A stretch of 64,000 bases of DNA from an uncultured Micavibrio sp. (lineage in GTDB: Bacteria; Pseudomonadota; Alphaproteobacteria; Micavibrionales; UBA2020): NCBI GenBank assembly GCA_964534445.1, contig CAZHOE010000001.1:550493-614492 (forward strand), in the 5' to 3' direction. Under the pieces are notes generated by a model. It worked only from the letters and a program-made list of their open reading frames with translations. It searched no databases and was not told the origin of the DNA. Position numbers and translations under genes: made by a program. Every line of letters starts with the position of its first letter. The first letter of the stretch is position 1. This document shows positions 36,538 to 44,499 of this stretch, one piece after another.

Positions 36538-36993
36538 CTACTGTTCAACGTTATGATGCATCAGATCCATAAGTTTTTTTCTGGTGCATGGTTTGGGTAA
36601 AAAAGCCGTTGCCCCATGTTGGGAACAAGCGTGAATTTCCTCATCATCCAGTACGCCGGAGATAATCACGATGGCTATGTCCGCCAGAGCAGGCTCCTTT
36701 TTTAAAGCTTTCAGTGTGTTGATCCCGTTCATTTCCGGCATATTCAGGTCGAGCAAAATCAGCCATGGTTTTTTCTCGTCTCCCTCGCTTCTATATCTAT
36801 ACAAATAGCGTAACAGACCTGTTCCGTTTCTGAAAACAATGACGGGTGCATCACCGAACAAAAACTCTATTTCACGTCGCAGGAGAAATTGATCGTCTAC
36901 ATTATCCTCGACGATGACGATAGGCCTCGGTGTCCCGATAAGTGGATCGACAAAACCTAGTTTATTTTTAAAATAGGGCTCGCCCCAATACAT
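36538..36993 (-). CDS. Single-domain response regulator with an N-terminal extension of about 30 aa
   Basis: 151 aa: VIVEDNVDD, ILLDLNMPEMNG, IVIISG, LPKP. Confidence 0.8.
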   Translation of the reverse strand: MYWGEPYFKNKLGFVDPLIGTPRPIVIVEDNVDDQFLLRREIEFLFGDAPVIVFRNGTGLLRYLYRYRSEGDEKKPWLILLDLNMPEMNGINTLKALKKEPALADIAIVIISGVLDDEEIHACSQHGATAFLPKPCTRKKLMDLMHHNVEQ

Positions 36994-37277
36994 GTATTCC
37001 CCTCAAAACAAGCATCTTCAAAAATTATAAAAATATATTAATCCATTAAAATTCAGCACAAACAGTTTTAAAAGAACTACTATCAATTTAATTATAATTT
37101 TATCATTTTGGGGTTAACAACGTCTAAATATCTACGCTTTAGGTTCCAAGACAATTTGTTATTAACGCCGTGTAAAACAAACTGGGATATTATTGATTTT
37201 ATAAGAATTTTTTTCTATCTCGCGAATTCTGCTATCTCCTTGCTTTTAATACAGAATGAATTCTGAAAGGAACCGCG

Positions 37278-37733
37278 ATGCATAATTCTTCTCTCCGCAC
37301 ACAGCAATTCATTCTTCTCGTCGAAGACAGCGAGGATGACTTTGAAGCGACAAAACGCGCGTTTGCGAAAACAAATCTAATCAATCCTATCCGCAGATTC
37401 ATATCCGGTGAGGAGGTATTGGCGTACCTAGATATAGCTGAGAATGCGATGCCGGGCCTGATATTGCTAGACCTCAACTTACCCGGTATGGATGGACGTA
37501 AGACTTTGGAGATTATCAAACAGAATGCAGATCTTCGAAGAATCCCCGTCATTATTCTAACAACATCTAATGACGAACGGGATGTGACGGCTTGTTATGA
37601 GCTTGGCGCGAATACGTATATACAAAAGCCCGTAGATTTTGATGGCCTCATTGAAGCAATCAAGCAATTAAAGGAATACTGGTTTGAAATAGCCCTGCTA
37701 CCCAAAGACAACGAGACAGAAAAGAAGCCATGA
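37278..37733 (+). CDS. Single-domain response regulator (Rcp1/CheY-like)
   Basis: 151 aa: [29 protein letters not shown], with the tail EYWFEIALLPK. Confidence 0.85.
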   Translation: MHNSSLRTQQFILLVEDSEDDFEATKRAFAKTNLINPIRRFISGEEVLAYLDIAENAMPGLILLDLNLPGMDGRKTLEIIKQNADLRRIPVIILTTSNDERDVTACYELGANTYIQKPVDFDGLIEAIKQLKEYWFEIALLPKDNETEKKP

Positions 37734-37778
37734 CGCGAGTCATGCTTTTGGGTAACGCCTGTTCTTTTTCTTAGAAAT

Positions 37779-37863
37779 TGGTGCCCCAGGTCGGACTCGA
37801 ACCAACACACCTTGCGGTACCTGATTTTGAGTCAGGCGCGTCTACCAATTCCACCACTGGGGC
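37779..37863 (-). tRNA. tRNA-Leu (anticodon CAA), CCA encoded
   Basis: The reverse complement is GCCCCAGTGGTGGAATTGGTAGACGCGCCTGACTCAAAATCAGGTACCGCAAGGTGTGTTGGTTCGAGTCCGACCTGGGGCACCA. The acceptor stem is GCCCCAG/CTGGGGC and the anticodon stem is CCTGA/TCAGG. The loop is CTCAAAA. It has a long variable arm and the T-loop TTCGAGT. Confidence 0.9.
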
Positions 37864-37945
37864 ACACGGTTATTGTTTATATCGGGATTGGCAAATTTTC
37901 AAGCGGTTAATGTCGGGACATCAATTTATTATGAATAACAAAGGG

Positions 37946-38734
37946 TTATTGATCGTCGCCCGGGCCCTCTTCGGGCGTGTAAAGGTTTTTAAAAATACGG
38001 TCATCCTTGAATTCGGGGTAATGCGCCATCATGTCGACCAATTTTTGCCGGGCTTCGGTTAATATCTTTTGTCCACGACCCTTGACCCCCTTGTTAAAAC
38101 GGTTACGGCTTTGCTTTTGCTGTACCTTGTCCAAAGCTTCATCGATGCCGTCCTGCGTGTATTCAAATCCGGCTTTGTCAAAAATTTTAACCATAGCCGT
38201 CGCCGGATCTGCCGTGACGTCTTCGTAATTCAAAAACATCGCCTTCGGATCTTTACGCCAGCCCACATAAAAAGATATATACCACGGCATCGCAAACTGC
38301 ACGATCAGGCTGTCCAGTTCATCGTAGCTGATATTCCGATGCCGGTCGGTCAGCGTGATGAGCGAGCCGAATGTAAAATCCTTGCGGATATGGTCGCGCA
38401 CGCTGACGACGACATCCAAAAGATCCCGCACCAATACCACAGGCGTTATGCCATATCGCTGGATAAGCTTTTGCGTCCATTCGCTATTGCGGACATGCAG
38501 TTGCGCAACATACGGGCGACTGTTGAATTTTTCCAGACGCAGTTCGCACATTTCCTGTTCGCGTACACCATAGTCCGGCACCAGAATGCCGTGCCGGAAT
38601 CCGTGGTAGGATGCAATACAGTTCGATAAAAAAGAAGAGCCGGATTTAGGCATACAGGCAACCAGAATATGTGGCGGCAAGGCAACCTGTGGCGCGGTTG
38701 CCGCTATCTGGTTTTCTGGTGTGGACGGATTCAT
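37946..38734 (-). CDS. Sulfotransferase-family protein
   Basis: 262 aa. CMPKSGSSFL resembles the 5'-PSB loop (PKxGTT) of PAPS-dependent sulfotransferases. The VVLVRDLLDVVVS region resembles the 3'-PB motif. Confidence 0.65.
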   Translation of the reverse strand: MNPSTPENQIAATAPQVALPPHILVACMPKSGSSFLSNCIASYHGFRHGILVPDYGVREQEMCELRLEKFNSRPYVAQLHVRNSEWTQKLIQRYGITPVVLVRDLLDVVVSVRDHIRKDFTFGSLITLTDRHRNISYDELDSLIVQFAMPWYISFYVGWRKDPKAMFLNYEDVTADPATAMVKIFDKAGFEYTQDGIDEALDKVQQKQSRNRFNKGVKGRGQKILTEARQKLVDMMAHYPEFKDDRIFKNLYTPEEGPGDDQ

Positions 38735-38866
38735 AGCATTGCTTCTCCTATGTGGTATATATCAAGTCCATCATAGCGGATTGAAAGCGCCGCGCAATCA
38801 GCCTGCCCACGTCTTATTGAAAAGCGATTGCCAGTATCCGGCGGGCATGCTACAGGTCATTCTGTT

Positions 38867-39457
38867 ATGATGAAAATAATCCGCAGACTATATGACTGGA
38901 CCTTGCGTATCGCGGCACACCGCCATGCGCGCGTGGGGCTGTTCGGGCTGGCCTTTGCCGAAAGCTCGGTTTTTCCGCTGCCGCCGGATCTGGTGCTTAT
39001 TCCCATGTGCATTGCGGAGCGGCAAAAAGCCTTTCTATATGCCGCGATCTGCACGCTGGGCTCCGTGCTGGGCGGCATCTGCGCCTATTTCATCGGCTTT
39101 TTGCTCTACGATACGATCGGCGTCAGGATTCTGGAATTTTACGGCTATCAAGAGCAATTCAACAATTTTCAGGGACTGTATAACGAATGGGGTGCCTGGA
39201 TCGTGCTGGCCGGCGGCTTTACGCCGATCCCCTATAAGCTGATCACGATCGCCAGCGGCGTTACCCAAATGAACCTTGGCGCCTTTATCCTGTTTTCGGT
39301 TATTGGGCGTGCGGGCCGTTTCTTTCTTGTCGCCGCGCTGCTGTGGAAATTCGGCGCTCCCATAAAGGATTTTATTGAAAAATATATGGGCTGGCTGACA
39401 ATTATTTTCTTTGTGCTGTTGATTGGCGGCTTTGTCGTTATAAAATATATAGTATGA
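38867..39457 (+). CDS. YqaA-like membrane protein (DedA/SNARE-associated superfamily)
   Basis: I placed the start at ATG 38867 (MMKIIRRLYDW...). The motifs are FAESSVFPLPPDLVLIPM and GGFTPIPYKLITIASG. Confidence 0.7.
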   Translation: MMKIIRRLYDWTLRIAAHRHARVGLFGLAFAESSVFPLPPDLVLIPMCIAERQKAFLYAAICTLGSVLGGICAYFIGFLLYDTIGVRILEFYGYQEQFNNFQGLYNEWGAWIVLAGGFTPIPYKLITIASGVTQMNLGAFILFSVIGRAGRFFLVAALLWKFGAPIKDFIEKYMGWLTIIFFVLLIGGFVVIKYIV

Positions 39458-39972
39458 AGTCGATTTTCGCCTTTTTTGAAAAGCCCCGCAATCTTGCCCT
39501 TTTTTTGACATTGGCAAGCGCGGGTATTCTCGCCTTTGTGCTGGTCACGCAATATGTTTTCGGGCACGAGCCTTGTATTCTGTGCCGCTATCAGCGCATC
39601 CCCTATTACGCCGTTCTGGTGATCGGCTTCTTTGCCGCTGCGCTTGCAGGCCTTAAACCAAAATGGACATTCGGGCTGCTGGTTTTATCCGGCTTTGCTT
39701 TCATGTCGGGTCTGGGCATTTCCGGCTATCATATTGGCGTTGAACAAAACTGGTGGTTGGGCCCCAAAACCTGTGGCAGCCCCTTGCCGGACAATGCGAC
39801 GCTGGAAGAGTTCACAGCCTATATCATGAATAAAAATATCGTGGATTGCAGCGTCGCCAGCTGGACATTCCTCGGCCTGTCGATGACGATGTATAATTTC
39901 CTGACATCACTGGTGCTGACGATTTTTACCTTCACCATGACGTGGCGTGGCCGTAGCAAAACGGCGGCTTAA
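39454..39972 (+). CDS. dsbB: Disulfide bond formation protein B family (DsbB-like)
   Basis: 172 aa with four TM helices. The CxxC motif lies in HEPCILCRYQRIPYY, and a second Cys pair (KTCGS...VDCS) lies in the second loop. Its start overlaps the yqaA stop. Confidence 0.75.
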   Translation: MKSIFAFFEKPRNLALFLTLASAGILAFVLVTQYVFGHEPCILCRYQRIPYYAVLVIGFFAAALAGLKPKWTFGLLVLSGFAFMSGLGISGYHIGVEQNWWLGPKTCGSPLPDNATLEEFTAYIMNKNIVDCSVASWTFLGLSMTMYNFLTSLVLTIFTFTMTWRGRSKTAA

Positions 39973-40138
39973 AAGGCCTGACTTTCCTCTCTCAGATAGC
40001 GACAAACTCCAAAATATCAGATTTGAATATCGGCTTGTTTCTATTGTCCAATTGCGCTCTCGCGGTATGCATTATTGACATAATAAATATACTATGTCAC
40101 ACTGAATAAAATCAAATCACAACTGTTCAATACGCCCC

Positions 40139-41164
40139 ATGTCCGCTGAACTGAAACAGTCACCCTCTTCAAAGTCCGGCCCGATGGTGCTGGTGTATAT
40201 CGGCGACGACGATCCCACTCGCGGGGACAGTCACGGATTCAAAGGTATTGGCCGCCGTATGGCGCAGAAGCTGAACGGCAGCTTTCATTACCTTGAAGAC
40301 AAAGATCTTACAAAGATGTATCCCGACATCCGCCGTCCGAATGACGGGCTTGAACTGTATATGAAGCAGCACGGCACGCCGGATATTGTGCTGAGCCGTG
40401 CCTACCACTATGGCGGTATGATGTCGCGTATTACGCCGCTGATGATGGTTCACGATATTAACGAGGGACTGTCCTCAAGCCTTCTGGGCGATAGCAGTCT
40501 TGTATCGCATCACCTGACGCCGGAAATATTTGATGAACATGGCGTAAAATTCCGTGCGCAATACAAGGAAATTACCTCCCCGATTATCGCTGTTATGTTG
40601 GTCAATATTTATGATATTGAAGACTTCGCGCAAAAAATGGTTTCAAAATGTGCGCATCATGAAGAAATGACTGTCTTTATTTGCTCTAGCCGCCGCACCG
40701 CCCCGGGAAATTACGATAAACTAAAAAGCCGTATAGAGGCGCTGGCGCAAGAAAAAGGCCTCAACGGGCGCTTGAAGATTGACGGCTATAATTTTGAAGA
40801 AAGCCGCGGCAAAGAAAACGTATTTAACCCTTATATCGGGCTGATCAAAGAGGCTGACCATATCGTGGTCGCCGGAGAGTCGTTGTCAATGGTGTCCGAA
40901 CCGCTCGCCGCCGGTAAGACGGTAATGGTGTTCGAGCCGAGCCATAGCTATTCAAAACTCAAAAAAAGAGGGCTTGTTGTTGATTTTAGCAAATGCGCTG
41001 ACGACACACGCTTTGAAACGCCACGGATTGATCCCGTGAATGTGACAGAAGATATTTCAAATAGATTGGTCGAGAAGTTCAACAAGGTTGCCAAAAAGCA
41101 CACCGGCCCGACAGGCTGGCTGATCCGCAAACTGGACGGCCTCAGAAAAGCATTAAGCATGTAG
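40139..41164 (+). CDS. ELM1/DUF1022-like (mitochondrial fission ELM1 family) protein
   Basis: The pattern matches bacterial ELM1-family proteins as I recall them. The matching segments are VLVYIGDDDPTRGDSHGFKGIGRRMAQKL, PIIAVMLV, MTVFICSSRRTAPGNY and NPYIGLIKEADHIVVAGESLSMVSEPLAAGKTVMVFEP. Confidence 0.5.
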   Translation: MSAELKQSPSSKSGPMVLVYIGDDDPTRGDSHGFKGIGRRMAQKLNGSFHYLEDKDLTKMYPDIRRPNDGLELYMKQHGTPDIVLSRAYHYGGMMSRITPLMMVHDINEGLSSSLLGDSSLVSHHLTPEIFDEHGVKFRAQYKEITSPIIAVMLVNIYDIEDFAQKMVSKCAHHEEMTVFICSSRRTAPGNYDKLKSRIEALAQEKGLNGRLKIDGYNFEESRGKENVFNPYIGLIKEADHIVVAGESLSMVSEPLAAGKTVMVFEPSHSYSKLKKRGLVVDFSKCADDTRFETPRIDPVNVTEDISNRLVEKFNKVAKKHTGPTGWLIRKLDGLRKALSM

Positions 41165-41175
41165 GAAACGGCGGC

Positions 41176-41739
41176 TTAATAACTATCCAGCTCCGAATCC
41201 CAATACAAATAGTCACCCCAGCTGCGATGCAGGAAGTTCGGCGGGAAAGCCCGTCCGTTTGCCTGTAACTGTGTTGTTGTCGGTGCGGCAGGCTTGATCA
41301 GCGGATGCATACCGCATTCGCTGGGCAGCAAGTTACCCTTCAGCAGGTTGCAGTCCTGACATGCCGCGCAGATATTTTCCCAGGTTGTTGTCCCGCCGCG
41401 CGATTTGGGAATGACATGGTCGAATGTCAGCTCGTGTGTTCTGAATTTGTCTCCGCAATACTGGCAAATCCAGCGGTCTCTGAGGAAAACGTTAAAGCGC
41501 GTAAATGCCGGTCTAGTCTTCGGCTGCACGTACTCTTTGAGGGCAATCACGCTCGGCACTTTCATCTGAAAGCTCGGAGAGCGAATAACCTCGTCATATT
41601 CCGAGACAATATCCACTCTATCGAGGAACACAGCTTTTACTGCTTCCTGCCACGACCAAAGCGATAACGGAAAATAACTGAGCGGACGATAATCAGCGTT
41701 TAAAACCAGTGTCGGACAACTGTCCAGATGGTTATACAC
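41176..41739 (-). CDS. HNH endonuclease family protein
   Basis: 187 aa with a GTG start: CQYCGDKFRTHELTFDHVIPKSRGGTTTWENICAACQDCNLLKGN. Confidence 0.8.
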   Translation of the reverse strand: MYNHLDSCPTLVLNADYRPLSYFPLSLWSWQEAVKAVFLDRVDIVSEYDEVIRSPSFQMKVPSVIALKEYVQPKTRPAFTRFNVFLRDRWICQYCGDKFRTHELTFDHVIPKSRGGTTTWENICAACQDCNLLKGNLLPSECGMHPLIKPAAPTTTQLQANGRAFPPNFLHRSWGDYLYWDSELDSY

Positions 41740-41894
41740 TTGGGGTATCCCTTAAATGACTTCGGCTCGCCGCCACTCTGCCCCGACCCATTTCGGTCAA
41801 AGGACGAGTCCGAATCCAACCCATAGCCCATTATAGCATGAAAAAGCCTTTTGGCCGTTTTTGCTGGGGATAACTTATTGATTTGCCAGAAATA

Positions 41895-42629
41895 TTAAAG
41901 CTTTACGTGAGCTTTTTCGGCGCCATTATTTGCTGATAGATCAAAGCACTCTTTCAAAAACTCAAGGCCGCGCGTGAGGCCAAAACCATCAATGCCATGC
42001 CCCAAACCGGGTCGCATGATAGTTTCCACATTAAAGCCGGCCGCCTCGAAACCTGTCCCGATGGTGTTCAGCATGGACGGCGGGACAACTTCGTCGGCGC
42101 TGCCGTGAATGGCCAGAATGGGCATTTTAACGATCTCCGGCGCTTTCAGCGCGGCAGCCTCGATGAGCATGCCGGAATAGCCGATCACCCCCGCGCAGGG
42201 CTTTTGGCGGCGCGGCATGGTGTACATCGCCATCATCGCGCCTTGGGAAAAACCGACAACCGCGACATTTTCCTCGGCAACACCCCATTTTTCGATCTGG
42301 GCATCCAGATAGGCATTCAACGCCGGCATGGCTTTGGCGGCCTGTTTTTCACGCTCGAAAGCCTCTGGGTCAATCGCGCGGATGGAGAACCACTGATATC
42401 CCGCAGAAAACGCCTCGCAAACCTCGGGGGCATTGGGAGAGGTAAAGGCGGCATCCGGCAAATACGGCGCCCATTCCCGCCCGATATCGATCAGATCCGC
42501 CCCGCTGGCACCATAGCCATGCAGGAAAATAACCAGTTGCCGCGCCGCGCCGCCCGATTGAGGAGCGATAAAAGGGCCGTCAAGCAAAGGGGTTGGCATC
42601 GGAATCTGGGACATGGTAAGCCTTTCCAT
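41895..42629 (-). CDS. Phospholipase/carboxylesterase-family alpha/beta hydrolase
   Basis: LVIFLHGYGASGADL, nucleophile elbow VVGFSQGAMMA, IHGSADEVVP, GLGHGI. The true start may be the internal MSQIPMP. Confidence 0.75.
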   Translation of the reverse strand: MERLTMSQIPMPTPLLDGPFIAPQSGGAARQLVIFLHGYGASGADLIDIGREWAPYLPDAAFTSPNAPEVCEAFSAGYQWFSIRAIDPEAFEREKQAAKAMPALNAYLDAQIEKWGVAEENVAVVGFSQGAMMAMYTMPRRQKPCAGVIGYSGMLIEAAALKAPEIVKMPILAIHGSADEVVPPSMLNTIGTGFEAAGFNVETIMRPGLGHGIDGFGLTRGLEFLKECFDLSANNGAEKAHVKL

Positions 42630-42695
42630 TCGGCGTTTGGACGCCTATATTATGTTCGATCAAGAATAATCCTCAAGAGCGAAGGAAACCAGACC

Positions 42696-42896
42696 ATGTC
42701 GCCACTTGCAACCCTCTTTGTTATTTTGGCGGGAATTTCCCTTCTGGGGGTATTGCTCTCTCTGGTTCTGGGGGTGGGCGTCATGACACGCGGCAAAGAA
42801 GGCGACCACAAAAAAAGCAACAAGATGATGCAGATGCGTATTATCTGCCAAGGTCTTTGCCTCCTCTTCCTCTTACTGGCATTCGCGGCTTCGTAA
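42696..42896 (+). CDS. HIG1-domain twin-TM small protein
   Basis: 66-aa ORF nested at the 3' end of the spurious 299-aa track ORF 41997..42896: MSPLATLFVILAGISLLGVLLSLVLGVGVMTRG...SNKMMQMRIICQGLCLLFLLLAFAA. It has two helices and the HIG1 signature MxxRvxxQg. Confidence 0.6.
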   Translation: MSPLATLFVILAGISLLGVLLSLVLGVGVMTRGKEGDHKKSNKMMQMRIICQGLCLLFLLLAFAAS

Positions 42897-42899
42897 AAT

Positions 42900-43856
42900 A
42901 TGAAAATACTTTTTATCACAGCGACCAATCTGGGCGACGGCGTTTTAACGACGGGCGCGCTTGACCACTTTATCCGCAAATATCCGAAGGCCGAGGTCAC
43001 CATCGCCTGCGGCCCTTTGCTCACCAGCATATTTGAACCTGTCCCCGGCGCCGTGCGCATTATTCCCATGAAAAAAGAGCCCTATGCCGGACATTGGCGC
43101 AAGCTGTTTGCCGAAACATTTTTCAAGAAATGGGACATTGTCATCGATATGCGCAACAGCGCCCTGTCCCGCATCCTTTGGGCAGGAGAACGTCATATCT
43201 GGTCGGCGCATAGCGAAACAGAACATAAAGTCGAACAAATCGGCAAAGCGATCGGCGTTATGCCGCCGCCATCCCCGACCCTCTGGCTCAGCGCTGTGGC
43301 AAAAGAAAAAGCCAGAGCATTGATACCCGACGGCGCGCCCGTTCTTGCGCTGGGCGCTGCGGCGCGCTGGCCGGGCAAAACATGGCCGGCAGAAAATTTT
43401 AGCGCCCTTGCGCTGCAACTAACGGCAGCAGGCGCGCCGATGGCCGGCGCCCGCATTGCCGTTTTCGCCGCACCCGGAGAGGAACATATCGCGCGCCCTG
43501 TCATCGACGCCCTGCCCGCCGATCGGCGGCTGGATGCGATTGCCAAGACAACACCGCTGGAAGCCGCTGCCGCGCTCAGCCGCTGTGCCCTTTACATCGG
43601 CAACGATTCCGGCCTGACGCATACGGCCGCCGCCACGGGCATTAAAACGCTCGGCCTTTTCGGGCCCGGATACCCCGCCCTTTATCGCCCCTGGGGCAAG
43701 AATGCGGCCTATGTTTCCACACCGGAAACGGTCGAGGAACTGACAGGTTATGACGGTTATCATCCGCACGCCATCAAGGACTCCCTGATGCGCTCCCTAA
43801 CAGTAACGGCCGCATATGATGCGGCCGTTGAACTGCTTCAAAAGCAAACCGCGTAA
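42900..43856 (+). CDS. Glycosyltransferase family 9 (heptosyltransferase-like)
   Basis: MKILFITATNLGDGVLTTGALDHF...P.AEVTIA and the C-terminal YIGNDSGLTHTAAATG are typical GT9 motifs. Confidence 0.7.
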   Translation: MKILFITATNLGDGVLTTGALDHFIRKYPKAEVTIACGPLLTSIFEPVPGAVRIIPMKKEPYAGHWRKLFAETFFKKWDIVIDMRNSALSRILWAGERHIWSAHSETEHKVEQIGKAIGVMPPPSPTLWLSAVAKEKARALIPDGAPVLALGAAARWPGKTWPAENFSALALQLTAAGAPMAGARIAVFAAPGEEHIARPVIDALPADRRLDAIAKTTPLEAAAALSRCALYIGNDSGLTHTAAATGIKTLGLFGPGYPALYRPWGKNAAYVSTPETVEELTGYDGYHPHAIKDSLMRSLTVTAAYDAAVELLQKQTA

Positions 43857-43882
43857 ACACGCGGCGCTTTATCTGATATGGA

Positions 43883-44419
43883 TTAGTTGTTGAGATCTGT
43901 GAAGTCGTCCGTCAAAGCATTCGCTTTTTCTTCCTGCTTTTTCAAAGCCGCATCACCGGAAACGCCCCAGACGCGCAGCTCTTGCGTGTTCTTGTAGATT
44001 TTTTGGGACTGATTGGCTGTTTGATAGCGCACGTATTGGACACGTTCCCAACCTTTGGCGCGCATGCAGCTTTCGAAATCGCTGTAATCGGTATGGGATA
44101 CTTTGTGATCGCCGTAGCGCATCGGCGTATCATAGTAATCCAGCTGACCGGAAGATTTCAGAGCACGATGATATTCGCTATGCGTATCGGGCGGCGTGGT
44201 TTCACGCAAGGCACCCAAGACAACCAGCTCGTCCACTTCACGGACGCAACCGGCAATATTCTGATCCAGCTCCTGCTGGGCTTTCGGACCCGTCATCCAC
44301 AGGGCGGAATTATCTTCGACGCGCTGCCAATAGGCCTGACCGACTGGCGGGTTGTAATAACAACCGGATAGAACCAGAAGACCGCCAGCGGCGACAAGCA
44401 TTTTAAAACCAGATTTCAT
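43883..44419 (-). CDS. Hypothetical lipoprotein
   Basis: I chose the start at ATG 44419, which gives MKSGFKMLVAAGGLLVLSGC (lipobox). No family recognised. Confidence 0.5.
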   Translation of the reverse strand: MKSGFKMLVAAGGLLVLSGCYYNPPVGQAYWQRVEDNSALWMTGPKAQQELDQNIAGCVREVDELVVLGALRETTPPDTHSEYHRALKSSGQLDYYDTPMRYGDHKVSHTDYSDFESCMRAKGWERVQYVRYQTANQSQKIYKNTQELRVWGVSGDAALKKQEEKANALTDDFTDLNN

Positions 44420-44499
44420 GAGAACACTATTCCCCTCGATCAAATGTTCATTCTTCCAATACGTTAACCATTTCCTGTCCGCAAAACAATAGGGATGTG

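Noticed and set aside
41740-41894. Structured 5' leader upstream of the HNH endonuclease gene. It has an extended -10 (TGCTATAAT, 41830-41838, minus strand). It also has a long-range helix (GAUUCGGACUCG / CGAGCCGAAGUC with two bulges) around a GACC-GAAAUG-GGUC hairpin. I considered whether this could be a HEARO/IscB-type RNA.
   Set aside because: The HNH protein is a 187-aa stand-alone enzyme, not an IscB-like protein. The helix needs two bulges and is not statistically compelling. Calling an RNA element would need covariation evidence.
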